Counted from the stretch's first letter, positions 41,092 to 53,584 are shown. The stretch is 64,000 nucleotides of DNA from Escherichia coli O127:H6 str. E2348/69 (GCF_000026545.1 NC_011601.1), one strand, 5' to 3'. Notes: generated from the sequence alone by a model not told the origin. Translations and numbers: made by a program.

Positions 41092-42417
41092 TTAAACCCG
41101 GCTACCCCACAAATCGTACTCATCGGCGTGCTCGACTTTCACTCGCAGGATATCACCCGGCTTAACGTTGGTTTCACCATTGAGATAAACCGCGCCGTCG
41201 ATTTCCGGTGCATCTGCCATGCTGCGACCAATCGCGCCTTCTTCGTCCACTTCGTCGATAATCACCAGAATTTCACGGCCCACTTTCTCTTGCAGGCGCT
41301 CGGCGGAAATTTGCTGCTGCAACTGCATGAAACGGTTCCAGCGTTCTTCTTTCACTTCTTCCGGAACCTGGTCAGGCAGGGCATTGGCGTCTGCACCTTC
41401 AACCGGGCTGTATTTAAAGCAGCCAACGCGATCCAGACGTGCTTCTTTCAGGAAGTCGAGTAGCATCTGGAAATCTTCTTCCGTCTCGCCAGGGAAGCCA
41501 ACAATAAAGGTTGAGCGTAGGGTCAGTTCCGGGCAGATTTCGCGCCACTGTTTGATGCGCGCCAGTTGGCGATCTACAGAACCCGGACGCTTCATCAGTT
41601 TGAGAATGCGCGGGCTGGCGTGCTGCAACGGAATGTCCAGATACGGCAGGATTTTGCCCTCTGCCATCAATGGGATGACGTCGTCCACATGCGGATAAGG
41701 GTAAACGTAGTGCAGACGTGTCCAGATCCCCAGTTTCGATAACTGTTCGCACAGGCTGACCATGCTGGTTTTTACCGGCTCGCCGTTGTGGAAGCCAGTA
41801 CGATGTTTAACATCGACGCCATACGCGGAAGTATCCTGCGAGATCACCAGAATTTCTTTAACGCCCGCATCAACCAGACGTTTCGCTTCACTTAACACTT
41901 CGCCAATCGGACGGCTCACCAGATCGCCGCGCATAGACGGAATAATGCAGAAGGTGCAGCGGTGATTACAGCCTTCAGAAATTTTCAGATAGGCATAATG
42001 ACGCGGCGTCAGTTTCACACCTTGTTCTGGCACCAGGCTCAGAAATGGGTTGTGTTTCGGTTTTGGTACGTAGTGATGAACGTGCTCCAGAACCTGCTCA
42101 TAGCTATGAGGCCCAGTGATTTCCAGCACTTTCGGGTGGACTTCGCGGATCTGATCTTCTTTTGCCCCCAGACAACCGGTCACAATTACCTTGCCGTTTT
42201 CATTCAACGCTTCACCAATGGCTTCCAGTGATTCTTGTACCGCGCTGTCAATAAAGCCGCAGGTGTTGACGATCACCATGTCCGCATCATCATAGCTCGG
42301 TACCACGTCATAACCTTCAGTGCGTAGTTCGGTGAGAATACGCTCTGAATCGACAAGGTTTTTCGGACAGCCAAGGGAAACAAAGCCGATTTTCGGCTGG
42401 GGAGTTACTTTGCTCAT
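41092..42417 (-). CDS. rimO: ribosomal protein S12 methylthiotransferase (radical SAM)
   Basis: 441 aa; CxxxCxxC radical-SAM motif (CNHRCTFC); MiaB-like architecture. Confidence 0.95.
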
Positions 42418-42629
42418 AGCTTAAAAAATATTCAGTTACAGGAAAGGTCAGGGCAGGGATTCTACAGAGTTCTGGATAAAATTTGTATCGCAATCTCATT
42501 CGCTGGCGGAGTTGAAGGAAATGTAAATTTTGTTAATTCGGCGTGAAGAATTGATCCTGGACAGCATTTTGCTCAAAAAACAGCCATACTATTTAGTTGC
42601 AACAAGGCTGGAAAGAGGAGGATCGAAGT

Positions 42630-43013
42630 ATGTTCGTTGACAGACAGCGAATCGATATGCTGAACCGGTTGATCGACGCACGCGTTGACCTCGCCGCATA
42701 CGTGCAACTGAGGAAGGCAAAAGGATACATGTCCGTCAGCGAAAGCAATCATCTACGAGATAACTTTTTTAAACTGAATCGCGAACTGCACGATAAATCG
42801 CTGCGGTTGAATCTTCATCTGGATCAGGAAGAGTGGAGTGCTCTTCATCATGCTGAAGAAGCATTAGCGACAGCCGCAGTATGTTTGATGAGTGGGCACC
42901 ATGATTGCCCGACTGTTATTACCGTCAACGCCGATAAGCTTGAAAATTGTCTGATGAGCTTAACGCTGAGCATCCAGAGCCTGCAGAAGCACGCCATGCT
43001 TGAGAAGGCCTGA
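42630..43013 (+). CDS. bssR: biofilm regulator BssR
   Basis: Start trimmed to MFVDRQRID... with AGGAGG RBS (127 aa). Confidence 0.9.
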   Translation: MFVDRQRIDMLNRLIDARVDLAAYVQLRKAKGYMSVSESNHLRDNFFKLNRELHDKSLRLNLHLDQEEWSALHHAEEALATAAVCLMSGHHDCPTVITVNADKLENCLMSLTLSIQSLQKHAMLEKA

Positions 43014-43123
43014 AAACTAAGGGGGAGAAAGCGTCTCCCCCTTCATGTTTAAGTTTTTGTAAAAATGAATTTGTTATCTCCTCCACTGACTACGCTTTAA
43101 GCCAGAGTCAATCCGGAGGCGTT

Positions 43124-44239
43124 ATGCATCGACAATCCTTTTTCCTTGTGCCCCTTTTTTGTCTTTCTTCCGCTCTCTGGGCAGCTCCTGCAACGGTAAA
43201 TGTCGAAGCACTGCAAGACAAACTCGACCATCCCTGGGCGCTGGCCTTTTTACCCGATAATCACGGTATGTTAATCACTCTGCGCGGCGGCGAGTTGCGT
43301 CACTGGCAAGCAGGAAAAGGATTATCTGCGCCGCTTTCCGGAGTGCCGGACGTTTGGGCGCACGGGCAGGGCGGCCTGCTGGACGTGGTTTTAGCGCCCG
43401 ATTTTGCTCAGTCGCGCCGCATCTGGTTAAGTTATTCCGAAGTTGGCGATGATGGCAAAGCCGGAACTGCTGTGGGTTATGGCCGCTTAAGTGATGATCT
43501 CTCAAAAGTGACCGACTTCCGCACCGTTTTTCGTCAGATGCCAAAACTGTCTACCGGCAACCATTTTGGCGGGCGGATGGTATTTGACGGTAAAGGTTAT
43601 CTTTTTATTGCTCTGGGCGAAAACAATCAGCGCCCGACGGCGCAGGATCTGGATAAATTACAGGGCAAACTGGTGCGTCTGACCGACCTGGGAGAAATCC
43701 CGGATGATAATCCTTTTATAAAGGAATCTGGTGTGCGCGCCGAGATCTGGTCTTATGGCATTCGTAATCCGCAAGGAATGGCGATGAATCCGTGGAGTAA
43801 TGCACTATGGCTGAATGAACATGGCCCGCGCGGTGGTGATGAAATTAATATTCCGCAAAAAGGCAAAAACTACGGCTGGCCGCTGGCAACCTGGGGAATC
43901 AACTATTCGGGCTTTAAGATACCGGAAGCGAAAGGGGAGATCGTCGCCGGGACCGAGCAACCTGTTTTTTACTGGAAAGATTCGCCCGCCGTGAGCGGCA
44001 TGGCCTTCTATAACAGCGACAAATTCCCCCAGTGGCAGCAAAAATTATTTATTGGCGCGCTGAAAGATAAAGATGTCATTGTGATGAGCGTCAACGGCGA
44101 CAAAGTGACAGAAGATGGCCGTATTTTAACGGACAGAGGGCAGCGAATTCGTGATGTTCGCACTGGACCCGACGGTTATTTATACGTTCTCACCGACGAG
44201 TCCAGTGGGGAATTACTTAAAGTTAGCCCACGCAATTAG
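43124..44239 (+). CDS. yliI: PQQ-dependent soluble aldose sugar dehydrogenase
   Basis: 371 aa; signal peptide; beta-propeller dehydrogenase. Confidence 0.9.
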   Translation: MHRQSFFLVPLFCLSSALWAAPATVNVEALQDKLDHPWALAFLPDNHGMLITLRGGELRHWQAGKGLSAPLSGVPDVWAHGQGGLLDVVLAPDFAQSRRIWLSYSEVGDDGKAGTAVGYGRLSDDLSKVTDFRTVFRQMPKLSTGNHFGGRMVFDGKGYLFIALGENNQRPTAQDLDKLQGKLVRLTDLGEIPDDNPFIKESGVRAEIWSYGIRNPQGMAMNPWSNALWLNEHGPRGGDEINIPQKGKNYGWPLATWGINYSGFKIPEAKGEIVAGTEQPVFYWKDSPAVSGMAFYNSDKFPQWQQKLFIGALKDKDVIVMSVNGDKVTEDGRILTDRGQRIRDVRTGPDGYLYVLTDESSGELLKVSPRN

Positions 44240-44862
44240 CTAACGGGAATCATCACCACTTTGCGCACTGCGGGGCGTTCAGTGAGTTGCTGATACCAGC
44301 GTTGCAGATTTGGTCGCGGTGTCCAGGTCAGGCCAACGTTAAACAAATTGTAGATGAACGGTGCGATAGCGATATCGCCCACGCCAAACTCGTCGCCTGA
44401 GAACCATTTTACTTTTGCCAGTTCCGCATCGAGCAGGGCAAACAGGGCGTCGCACTCTTTGCAACTGGCATCAATGGCGGCCTGATCGCGCTCTTCCGGT
44501 GGTGTTCTGACTAATCCCATCAGGATCCCGCGATGAGCATTACTGAGCGTCTGGTTTGCCCAGTCCATCCATTTTTCTGCTTCCGCACGACGTGCCGGTG
44601 AGTCGATCCACAGGCGTTTTTGCCCGTACTGTGCCGCCAGATAGCGGACAATGGCGTTTGATTCCCAAAGAATGAGAGCACTTTCGTCGTCACGCAACAA
44701 CGGCACCAGCCCGTTAGGGTTCATCGCCAGAAAATCAGCATCGTGATTTATCCCAAACTCACGGCCCGCGAGAATTTGCTCATAAGGTAGTTCCAGTTCT
44801 TCGAGCGTCAGCAATACTTTTTTTACGTTGGTTGAATTATTCCGACCCCACAGCGTAATCAT
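44236..44862 (-). CDS. gstB: glutathione S-transferase
   Basis: Start trimmed to [10 protein letters not shown]... (208 aa). Confidence 0.9.
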   Translation of the reverse strand: MITLWGRNNSTNVKKVLLTLEELELPYEQILAGREFGINHDADFLAMNPNGLVPLLRDDESALILWESNAIVRYLAAQYGQKRLWIDSPARRAEAEKWMDWANQTLSNAHRGILMGLVRTPPEERDQAAIDASCKECDALFALLDAELAKVKWFSGDEFGVGDIAIAPFIYNLFNVGLTWTPRPNLQRWYQQLTERPAVRKVVMIPVS

Positions 44863-45108
44863 ACTCACCCCTTTTCCGACAGGCAGCCACAGGCTGAACA
44901 GGACTCCGATGGTGAAGTAAAGTTAACTTTTAAGCAACAGCTGGCAAAAAAATGACACCAGAAGCAGCGAAGCGGCAGGATATTGCATAAACTTTAAAAA
45001 CTTTACCAACTTACGGTTTCTTTAAGTTTGTGTGTGCGTTATTAATCACCGAACTTATCATACGGCGATATAACGTATTTTTTTTGAATGGATACTCGGG
45101 TGGCATTT

Positions 45109-46311
45109 ATGACGCAATACTCCTCTCTCCTTCGTGGTCTTGCAGCGGGTTCTGCATTTTTATTCCTTTTTGCCCCAACGGCATTCGCGGCGGAACAAAC
45201 CGTTGAAGCGCCGAGCGTGGATGCGCGTGCATGGATTTTAATGGATTACGCCAGCGGTAAAGTGCTGGCAGAAGGCAATGCGGATGAGAAACTGGATCCC
45301 GCGAGCCTGACTAAAATTATGACCAGCTATGTGGTTGGGCAGGCGCTTAAGGCCGATAAGATTAAACTCACCGATATGGTGACGGTCGGTAAAGATGCCT
45401 GGGCGACGGGAAATCCGGCACTGCGTGGTTCATCGGTAATGTTCCTCAAACCGGGCGATCAGGTTTCGGTGGCAGACTTGAACAAAGGTGTGATTATCCA
45501 GTCCGGTAATGACGCCTGTATTGCGCTGGCTGATTACGTTGCCGGGAGCCAGGAGTCATTTATTGGTTTGATGAATGGTTATGCCAAAAAACTGGGTCTG
45601 ACCAACACTACCTTCCAGACGGTGCACGGCCTGGATGCGCCGGGGCAGTTCAGTACCGCGCGCGATATGGCATTGCTGGGTAAAGCATTGATCCACGATG
45701 TGCCGGAAGAGTACGCCATTCATAAAGAGAAAGAGTTCACCTTCAACAAAATTCGTCAGCCTAACCGTAATCGTCTGCTGTGGAGCAGCAATCTGAATGT
45801 TGATGGCATGAAGACAGGAACCACGGCAGGCGCGGGATATAATCTGGTTGCTTCGGCTACCCAGGGCGATATGCGTTTAATCTCCGTAGTGCTGGGGGCG
45901 AAAACTGACCGTATCCGTTTTAATGAGTCTGAGAAATTATTGACCTGGGGTTTCCGCTTCTTTGAAACCGTGACGCCAATTAAACCTGATGCCACATTTG
46001 TGACTCAGCGCGTCTGGTTTGGTGATAAGAGCGAAGTGAATCTCGGGGCAGGCGAAGCGGGCTCAGTGACCATACCGCGTGGGCAGCTGAAAAACCTGAA
46101 GGCGAGTTATACGTTAACGGAACCGCAGCTTACCGCACCGCTGAAAAAAGGTCAGGTTGTCGGCACCATTGATTTCCAGCTTAACGGTAAATCCATTGAG
46201 CAGCGTCCGCTGATCGTGATGGAAAATGTGGAAGAGGGCGGATTCTTTGGTCGGATGTGGGATTTCGTGATGATGAAATTCCATCAGTGGTTCGGCAGCT
46301 GGTTCTCTTAA
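45109..46311 (+). CDS. dacC: D-alanyl-D-alanine carboxypeptidase (PBP6)
   Basis: Start trimmed to [10 protein letters not shown]... (400 aa); SxxK (ASLTK), SGN and KTG motifs. Confidence 0.95.
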   Translation: MTQYSSLLRGLAAGSAFLFLFAPTAFAAEQTVEAPSVDARAWILMDYASGKVLAEGNADEKLDPASLTKIMTSYVVGQALKADKIKLTDMVTVGKDAWATGNPALRGSSVMFLKPGDQVSVADLNKGVIIQSGNDACIALADYVAGSQESFIGLMNGYAKKLGLTNTTFQTVHGLDAPGQFSTARDMALLGKALIHDVPEEYAIHKEKEFTFNKIRQPNRNRLLWSSNLNVDGMKTGTTAGAGYNLVASATQGDMRLISVVLGAKTDRIRFNESEKLLTWGFRFFETVTPIKPDATFVTQRVWFGDKSEVNLGAGEAGSVTIPRGQLKNLKASYTLTEPQLTAPLKKGQVVGTIDFQLNGKSIEQRPLIVMENVEEGGFFGRMWDFVMMKFHQWFGSWFS

Positions 46312-46357
46312 TCTTCTGATAACCGGATGGCGCGAAACGTCATCCGGTTATACGTCA

Positions 46358-47116
46358 TTAATACATCAACTTAATACGCTGCGTCTGCGCGTACTTCACA
46401 TACTCATCTTCCGGGCAACAATCGCTCACAACAATATCAAAGCGTTTCAGGTCACCCATGCGCGCCGGACGCACCTTGCCAAATTTACTGTGGTCGACAA
46501 CCAGCACATGCTTTTGCGCCATCGACATGGCCCAGTGTTTTACCGGCAACTCTTCAAGATTAAAGCAGGTAGCGCCTTTACTGACATGCACGCCCGCAGC
46601 GGAATAAAAAGCGATATCCGGGCAAAAATTATTCAGCGTTTGCTGAAAATCGATGGGTTTGAAAATGGCGTTGCTGGCGTGAAATTCACCACCGCAAAGA
46701 AACGCGCGGCAATGGGGTTTCTCTTTCAGCGCCAGAAAAGTATTTAGCGAATAACAAACGGCGGTAAAAGGGATTTCATTATCAATTGCTTCAATAATCC
46801 ACGGCGTGGTGGTGCCACAGTCAAAAAAGAGGGTCTGATCGGGTTCTATCAGCGTCGCAGCCAGTTTTGCCGCCCGGCGTTTTTCTTCCACCAGGCGGGA
46901 TTTTTGATCGCTTAACAGGTAATGGCTGGCGCTGCGTGGTTCCAGAACAATATAGCCGCCGAGCAAAACGACGGGCGCACTGTGGTTGTTCAGATCGCGA
47001 CGAATCGTCATCTCCGAAACCCCAAGCAGGGCGGCGGCGTCTTTAAGATGTAACTTATCACTGCGTTTTAATTCTTGCAGCAGCTGCCCGATACGCTCTT
47101 CGCGACGTGTTTCCAT
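46358..47116 (-). CDS. deoR: deoxyribose operon repressor
   Basis: 252 aa DeoR-family HTH regulator. Confidence 0.95.
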   Translation of the reverse strand: METRREERIGQLLQELKRSDKLHLKDAAALLGVSEMTIRRDLNNHSAPVVLLGGYIVLEPRSASHYLLSDQKSRLVEEKRRAAKLAATLIEPDQTLFFDCGTTTPWIIEAIDNEIPFTAVCYSLNTFLALKEKPHCRAFLCGGEFHASNAIFKPIDFQQTLNNFCPDIAFYSAAGVHVSKGATCFNLEELPVKHWAMSMAQKHVLVVDHSKFGKVRPARMGDLKRFDIVVSDCCPEDEYVKYAQTQRIKLMY

Positions 47117-47173
47117 AATCCCTCTGAATAGTTATTGAAGCGAGCCGCTCAATACTACACTTTTTAGCAGAGA

Positions 47174-47770
47174 TCAGTCACGCACCCAGCCTTTGCGGAT
47201 CGGTAATGCAAAACAGAAGCGATACCACGATTGCAGACGTTGATAGAGTTTATGCCCCATCGCTTGCCAGATAATCTGGGCGCTAAGGCAGCCAATCATA
47301 CCTGCCAGCAATCCACCGAGCATATCCAGCGGCCAGTGGACGCCAAGATAAACGCGCGACCAGGCAATGACGACGGCCAGCACCATTAAAAGTGAGCCGG
47401 ACCACAGGCGATGCCAGCATAAAAATGCCAGTGCAAAGGTGAAAATCACCGTACCGTGATCGCTCGGGAATGAGTCATCCGCCGCATGATGCAGGAAGTT
47501 ATAGCCGATATTTTCGACAAAGGGTCGGTCGTGCGGAAAAAGATGTCCCATCGTCCAGGACACAAACAGGCTGACCGCCAGCGCGATAGCGATTTTTATC
47601 ACCAGTTGCCGTTGTGCTGTAAGCCCCCACAACCAAAGTACTGCGGCCAGCAACGGCACCACGGTAATCAAATCTTTAGCAATAAAAATCGCCAACGAGA
47701 TCATCCACGGCGCAGAGTCTGGCGTTGCGTTAATAAGAGAGAATAGAGAGAGATTCAAATTTTCCAGCAT
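47174..47770 (-). CDS. ybjG: undecaprenyl-pyrophosphate phosphatase (PAP2 family)
   Basis: Start trimmed to MLENLNLSLF... (198 aa); PAP2 membrane phosphatase. Confidence 0.9.
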   Translation of the reverse strand: MLENLNLSLFSLINATPDSAPWMISLAIFIAKDLITVVPLLAAVLWLWGLTAQRQLVIKIAIALAVSLFVSWTMGHLFPHDRPFVENIGYNFLHHAADDSFPSDHGTVIFTFALAFLCWHRLWSGSLLMVLAVVIAWSRVYLGVHWPLDMLGGLLAGMIGCLSAQIIWQAMGHKLYQRLQSWYRFCFALPIRKGWVRD

Positions 47771-48054
47771 AACTTCCCGACACAAAGTGATTAAAAGGGA
47801 GCCAATACAGGCAAGTCGTTGAGAATAAAGTGCAGGTTAAACTGGGTAAAGCGGCATCGTCTTATTTCCCTCAAGCGGCCTGTTTACGGTAGGTGATTGT
47901 AACGGGCAAAGGTTAAATAAAACTTAAAGAAAGCGTAGCTATACTCGCAATAATGTAAGAATGTGCTTAACAGTGGTTTCAGCTACAAAATTTGCTTTCT
48001 CGTTAGCTGCGCTTTTATTAAACTTTGCGCGATTATTATTGGCGAAGAAATTGC

Positions 48055-49287
48055 ATGCAAAATAAATTAGCTTCCGGTGCCAGGCTTGGACGTCAGGCGT
48101 TACTTTTCCCTCTCTGTCTGGTGCTTTACGAATTTTCAACCTATATCGGCAACGATATGATTCAACCCGGTATGTTGGCCGTGGTGGAACAATATCAGGC
48201 GGGCATTGATTGGGTTCCTACTTCGATGACCGCGTATCTGGCGGGCGGGATGTTTTTACAATGGCTCCTGGGGCCGTTGTCGGATCGTATTGGCCGCCGT
48301 CCGGTGATGTTGGCGGGAGTGGTGTGGTTTATTGTCACCTGTCTGGCAATATTACTGGCGCAAAACATTGAACAATTCACCCTGTTGCGCTTCTTGCAGG
48401 GCATAAGCCTCTGTTTCATTGGCGCTGTGGGATACGCCGCAATTCAGGAATCCTTCGAAGAGGCGGTTTGTATCAAGATCACCGCGCTGATGGCGAACGT
48501 GGCGCTGATTGCTCCGCTACTTGGTCCGCTGGTGGGCGCGGCGTGGATCCATGTGCTGCCCTGGGAGGGGATGTTTGTTTTGTTTGCCGCATTGGCAGCG
48601 ATCTCCTTTTTCGGTCTGCAACGAGCCATGCCTGAAACCGCCACGCGTATAGGCGAGAAACTGTCGCTGAAAGAACTCGGTCGTGACTATAAGCTGGTGC
48701 TGAAGAACGGCCGCTTTGTGGCGGGGGCGCTGGCGCTGGGATTCGTTAGCCTGCCGTTGCTGGCGTGGATCGCCCAGTCGCCGATTATCATCATTACCGG
48801 TGAGCAGTTGAGCAGCTATGAATATGGTTTGCTGCAAGTGCCTATTTTCGGGGCGTTAATTGCGGGTAACTTGCTGTTAGCGCGTCTGACCTCGCGCCGC
48901 ACCGTACGTTCGCTGATTATTATGGGCGGCTGGCCGATTATGATTGGTCTGTTGGTCGCTGCTGCGGCAACGGTTATCTCATCGCACGCGTATTTATGGA
49001 TGACCGCCGGGTTAAGTATTTATGCTTTCGGCATTGGTCTGGCGAATGCGGGACTGGTGCGATTAACCCTGTTTGCCAGCGATATGAGTAAAGGTACGGT
49101 TTCTGCGGCGATGGGAATGCTGCAAATGCTGATCTTTACCGTCGGTATTGAAATCAGCAAACATGCCTGGCTGAACGGGGGCAACGGACTGTTTAATCTC
49201 TTCAACCTTGTCAACGGCATTTTGTGGCTGTCGCTGATGGTTATCTTTTTAAAAGATAAACAGATGGGAAATTCGCACGAAGGGTAA
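48055..49287 (+). CDS. mdfA: multidrug efflux MFS transporter
   Basis: Start trimmed to [14 protein letters not shown]... (410 aa); 12-TM MFS. Confidence 0.95.
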
Positions 49288-49293
49288 AAAAAT

Positions 49294-49322
49294 GCCTGAT
49301 TGCTTTGTGCGATCAGGCATTC
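49294..49322. terminator. bidirectional terminator between mdfA and ybjH
   Basis: atgcctgat-tgctttgtgcg-atcaggcat hairpin flanked by A and T runs. Confidence 0.6.
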
Positions 49323-49327
49323 TCGAA

Positions 49328-49612
49328 TTAATGGTGATGGTCGTCAATCTGGTGTTCGATAACCATCCCTTCACTTACGCTGGCAAGATGGCGAACATAA
49401 GGATGCGGGCGGTAAGCCGGAGCTGGCGCAGGAGCCACATAGACGGTTTGCGGCACAGTCGCGACGCTGACCGCTTGTGGAACGCTGACTGAATCAGGAA
49501 CCACAACCACTTTGTATCCACTCGGCACATCGACGGTGACACTTTGCGCCATCGCCACACCAGTAAAGCCCATTAAAAGCGCGCCCAACAGTAGACAATT
49601 TTTCATAATCAT
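49328..49612 (-). CDS. ybjH: small secreted protein of unknown function
   Basis: 94 aa with signal peptide. Confidence 0.85.
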   Translation of the reverse strand: MIMKNCLLLGALLMGFTGVAMAQSVTVDVPSGYKVVVVPDSVSVPQAVSVATVPQTVYVAPAPAPAYRPHPYVRHLASVSEGMVIEHQIDDHHH

Positions 49613-49697
49613 TTTGCCTGAAATAATGCAGTGGGTTAATTTCCGCGAATTATGCAGCCTTCATTCAGGCATTGTGTTGCCGGGCGTGCTGCCGTTT

Positions 49698-50513
49698 TTA
49701 TTGCTTAAATGGCACTTCGTGTTTAAGAACTTTATCGATCACATCCAGTACGCCTTCACGGTTATTGGAGCCTGCCCGGTATTTAGCCGCTGCGACGACC
49801 GCGCTGCCGGCATTTTCCATTGCAAAACTAAAGCCTGCTTGACGCAGCATCTCAATATCGTTACCACCATCGCCAAAGACCACCACTTCGCTGTCGTCTA
49901 TTCCCCATAATTTCTGCAGTTGGCGAAGGCCATTGGCTTTATGTACACCGGGGATAATCAGATCGATGCTGCCGTTGCCGGTATGGACCGGTACCATGAT
50001 ATCGCCGATGGCCTCATGTAATGCTTTTTGCACTTGTGGGATCAGTTCGTCAGAGAGATTAAGGCCAAATTTAAAGAAGATATCTTCTAAGTTGTCAAAG
50101 TTATCGACGTATTCCAGACGGTGATAATACATTTCCGCCACCGTTTTCATGGCATCGTCATATTTTTTGAGGGTATAGGCGCTATTTTTTCCGCAGGCAA
50201 TAATTTCCACTTCCGGGCGCGTCAGCAAATGTTCCACGACAGTAGTAAACGCATCCTTCGACAGCTCGCCATTAAAAACATCTTTGCCTTCGCTCACTAC
50301 CCAGCCGCCGTTTTCAGCCACAAAGGCAATTTCATTAGCAATTTCAGGAAAGAAAGAGATCAACTGATAATATTGATTCCCGCTGGCGACCACAAAGCGA
50401 ATGCCTTGTGCTTTCATTTGCTGATACTGAGCCATAAACCGCTCACGGTTATAGGTTTTTTGATCGCTTAAGAAAGTACCATCCATGTCTACCGCAATTA
50501 ATTTAATGCTCAT
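49698..50513 (-). CDS. ybjI: HAD-superfamily (Cof-type) phosphatase
   Basis: 271 aa from [15 protein letters not shown]...; paralogous to ybiV; overlaps ybjJ stop. Confidence 0.9.
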   Translation of the reverse strand: MSIKLIAVDMDGTFLSDQKTYNRERFMAQYQQMKAQGIRFVVASGNQYYQLISFFPEIANEIAFVAENGGWVVSEGKDVFNGELSKDAFTTVVEHLLTRPEVEIIACGKNSAYTLKKYDDAMKTVAEMYYHRLEYVDNFDNLEDIFFKFGLNLSDELIPQVQKALHEAIGDIMVPVHTGNGSIDLIIPGVHKANGLRQLQKLWGIDDSEVVVFGDGGNDIEMLRQAGFSFAMENAGSAVVAAAKYRAGSNNREGVLDVIDKVLKHEVPFKQ

Positions 50514-51721
50514 CAACTATTCTCCATCGCCGTCTGCGTTTTGGTATCGGGTTTGGCGACGGCTTTCGCGACAATAGCCGCGAGAATAACCAGCGCCAGT
50601 ACAACCATCATTGCACTACGTAATCCATAATGTTCGCCGAGATAGCCCAGCAGCGGCGGCCCGACGAGGAAAGCCAGATAACCGGTCGTAGCTACCACGC
50701 TGACGCGGGTTGGTGCATCGGGGCCGGTATCGCTGGCGGCAGAAATAGTCAGCGGGAAGCCCAACGAGGCACCCAGTCCCCAAAGTACAACAGACACCCC
50801 AGCGACCCAGGCGCTATCGACAAAAATAATCAGCCCAATACCCAACGCCCCCATTAGTGCACTGGCCCGAACCACGGCAACGCGACTGTAACGGTCAATG
50901 AACCAACCGCCGGTAAAGCGTCCAACGGTCATCCCCAGGGTAAAACCGGCATAAATCAGCGAGCCGGAAGTAGGGCTAAAACCGTGACCGTCAACCATTA
51001 ATAAGGGTAACCAGTCGTTGGCAGAACCTTCGGCAAAGGCCATCGCCAGCACCACAACACCAATCAGCAGCAACTGGATATCGCGATAAAAAGGTACGCC
51101 TTTTTCACCATGCTGGGTGCCATCGGCAGCATTTTTGCCCGTACCGTCAGGGATTGCCTGAATGGCGATATAAATAGGTGCGATGCCTACCAGCGCCGCC
51201 AATAAAATATGCACCGTTGCCGGAACGCCAAAGGCCGTAAGTGCCATCCCGACACCTGCGCCTGCCAGAGTGCCCAGGCTATAAAAACCGTGCATCATCG
51301 GTAAAACCGTCTTATTCATTTCTCTCTCAACGGTGGCACCTTCAACGTTTATCGCCACTTCCGCAGAACCAAAACTAGCCCCAAAGACGCCGAGACCAAC
51401 GGCAAAGAGCAAGGGCGATGTCAGCCAGAGTGCCAGACTTAATATCATCATCCCAATCAATGCGCAGGACATCGTCACAAGGATGACATTACGCGTCCCA
51501 AAGCGTTTCACTAACCACGCCGAGCAGAGAATACCGCTCATTGAACCGATCGACAGACCAAAGAGGACTCCGCCCATTTCAGCGATCGAAACAGAAAGAA
51601 TATCGCGGATAGCAGGCGTACGGGTTGCCCAGGACGCCATTAACAGGCCCGGCAAAAAGAAGAACATAAACAGCGCCCAGGTTCGGCGTTTCAATGCATT
51701 ACGTGAAGAATTTACGGTCAT
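50513..51721 (-). CDS. ybjJ: MFS transporter
   Basis: 402 aa polytopic membrane protein. Confidence 0.9.
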   Translation of the reverse strand: MTVNSSRNALKRRTWALFMFFFLPGLLMASWATRTPAIRDILSVSIAEMGGVLFGLSIGSMSGILCSAWLVKRFGTRNVILVTMSCALIGMMILSLALWLTSPLLFAVGLGVFGASFGSAEVAINVEGATVEREMNKTVLPMMHGFYSLGTLAGAGVGMALTAFGVPATVHILLAALVGIAPIYIAIQAIPDGTGKNAADGTQHGEKGVPFYRDIQLLLIGVVVLAMAFAEGSANDWLPLLMVDGHGFSPTSGSLIYAGFTLGMTVGRFTGGWFIDRYSRVAVVRASALMGALGIGLIIFVDSAWVAGVSVVLWGLGASLGFPLTISAASDTGPDAPTRVSVVATTGYLAFLVGPPLLGYLGEHYGLRSAMMVVLALVILAAIVAKAVAKPDTKTQTAMENS

Positions 51722-51804
51722 AGATCACGTCAAAATAAGAAGAGGGAAGACAACATTAGCAAGGTTGTGTACATTTGTACACAATTGCAGAGAGAGGAAA
51801 TGAC

Positions 51805-52341
51805 ATGCGTCGCGCTAACGATCCGCAACGGCGAGAAAAAATTATCCAGGCCACGCTGGAGGCGGTGAAACTTTACGGAATACATGCTGTTACACACCGC
51901 AAAATTGCTACCCTTGCCGGGGTGCCGTTGGGATCGATGACCTACTATTTTTCAGGCATTGATGAGTTGTTGCTGGAGGCGTTCAGCCGTTTTACTGAGA
52001 TCATGTCCCGGCAATATCAGGCATTTTTTAGCGATGTTAGTGATGCTCCAGGCGCATGCCAGGCTATCACCGATATGATCTACAGCTCACAGGTCGCAAC
52101 GCCGGATAATATGGAGCTGATGTACCAGCTCTACGCGCTGGCTAGCCGAAAACCGCTATTAAAAACGGTAATGCAAAACTGGATGCAGCGCAGTCAACAA
52201 ACGCTCGAACAATGGTTTGAACCCGGAACCGCCCGCGCGCTTGATGCGTTTATTGAGGGGATGACGCTGCATTTTGTCACCGACCGTAAGCCGCTATCAC
52301 GCGAGGAGATTTTGAGGATGGTTGAGAGGATTGCTGGGTAG
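51805..52341 (+). CDS. rcdA: TetR-family transcriptional regulator RcdA
   Basis: Start trimmed to [10 protein letters not shown]... (178 aa); N-terminal TetR HTH. Confidence 0.9.
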   Translation: MRRANDPQRREKIIQATLEAVKLYGIHAVTHRKIATLAGVPLGSMTYYFSGIDELLLEAFSRFTEIMSRQYQAFFSDVSDAPGACQAITDMIYSSQVATPDNMELMYQLYALASRKPLLKTVMQNWMQRSQQTLEQWFEPGTARALDAFIEGMTLHFVTDRKPLSREEILRMVERIAG

Positions 52342-52445
52342 TAGATAAATTTCAGGCAACAAAAAACCCATTTATGTAAACGGGTTAATGAAAACAATAA
52401 CTTAGAGTAAAAACAATAAGTTGGGTTGGTGGTCAGTGGTGGTTA

Positions 52446-53498
52446 TTACGGGGTAATGCCAACCGCTGCCGCCACTTTGTCGCCACTTGGCAGCGTTGCC
52501 AGAGGATTGAAACGGAGCGCCGTTTCCAGATGATCCGGTGCCAGATGTGCGTAACGCATAGTCATTTTTATATCGTGGTGTCCGAGAATTTTTTGTAAAG
52601 CCAGAATGTTTCCACCCGACATCATGAAGTGCGCCGCAAACGTATGGCGCAGAACGTGTGTGGGTTGACCGCGAGGGAGCACGATAGACGTTTTTTCCAT
52701 CACGGATAAAAATTGAAAATAGCAGTCTGTGAAGAAATTGAACCCATCAAGCGCCATGATCTCTTCGTAAAGCTCTTTACTGATAGGGATGCTTCTGTTT
52801 TTCTTCCCCTTCGCTCTTACAAAGGTAATTCGGTATTTGGTCACCTGTGAGCGGGTAAGATTTACGTCTTCTCGCCAGCGTGCGCCTGTGCTTAAGCATA
52901 TCTTAACTACCAGTGCCAGAATTGGGTCCTGACGTTTGCAATCAGCTAGTAATTCAACAATCTGCTCATGGGTAAGCCATGCCATCTCTTTTTCTGCGAT
53001 GGTGAATTTTCGCATGTTCTCCAGTGGGTTCGGATACGACCATTCGCCCAGGCGGGATAGTTCGCTAAAAACACTACTTAGATAGCTTTGCTCCAGGTTA
53101 ATGGTGACCGGGCTTGCTCCTTTCTTCCATTTCTCACTGAAGTAGATCTCACCTGTCAGGCGTTTATCTCGATAGTGGGCAAACATTTTAGAGGTTAGAT
53201 CAGTTGCAAGGGGATTGCCCAGAGCGTCAACCATCAGCAGCAATTTGTCATAGACATGCTGCCCAGCAGTCAGAGATTTACCATGTAGTTTGAACCATAG
53301 CTCAACCACGTCTTTCAGTGTTCGACGATCCACTGATTCACCCAGCCAGGGCTTTGCTTCGGTTTCTTCCATCGTGTGACGCTCAAAAGCCAGTGCTTCG
53401 CCTTTGGTGGCGAATTGTTTACGCACACGACGCCCACTACGTCCGGCGGGGTAACATTCGCAAAGCCATTTTCCTGTGGTGAGTTTTCGTACTGCCAT
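52446..53498 (-). CDS. int: phage integrase (tyrosine recombinase, P2/186 type)
   Basis: 350 aa; N-terminus MAVRKLTTGKWLCECYPAGRSGRRVRKQFATKGEALAFE and catalytic-domain motifs (LSTGARW, LRHTFAAHFMMSGGNILALQKILGH, MRYAHLAP) match recalled 186 Int. Confidence 0.9.
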   Translation of the reverse strand: MAVRKLTTGKWLCECYPAGRSGRRVRKQFATKGEALAFERHTMEETEAKPWLGESVDRRTLKDVVELWFKLHGKSLTAGQHVYDKLLLMVDALGNPLATDLTSKMFAHYRDKRLTGEIYFSEKWKKGASPVTINLEQSYLSSVFSELSRLGEWSYPNPLENMRKFTIAEKEMAWLTHEQIVELLADCKRQDPILALVVKICLSTGARWREDVNLTRSQVTKYRITFVRAKGKKNRSIPISKELYEEIMALDGFNFFTDCYFQFLSVMEKTSIVLPRGQPTHVLRHTFAAHFMMSGGNILALQKILGHHDIKMTMRYAHLAPDHLETALRFNPLATLPSGDKVAAAVGITP

Positions 53499-53584
53499 AA
53501 TAAAGCCCTCATATCAGAGGGCTAAATTTAACTGTATGTTTGACCAGTGGTCAATGTATGGTTTAGTTTATTCAAACAATGCTT

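Noticed and set aside
52342-52445. Possible tRNA gene as prophage attachment site
   Set aside because: No cloverleaf-compatible sequence or conserved tRNA motifs (GTTC-type T-loop, CCA-proximal acceptor stem) seen in the rcdA-int spacer.
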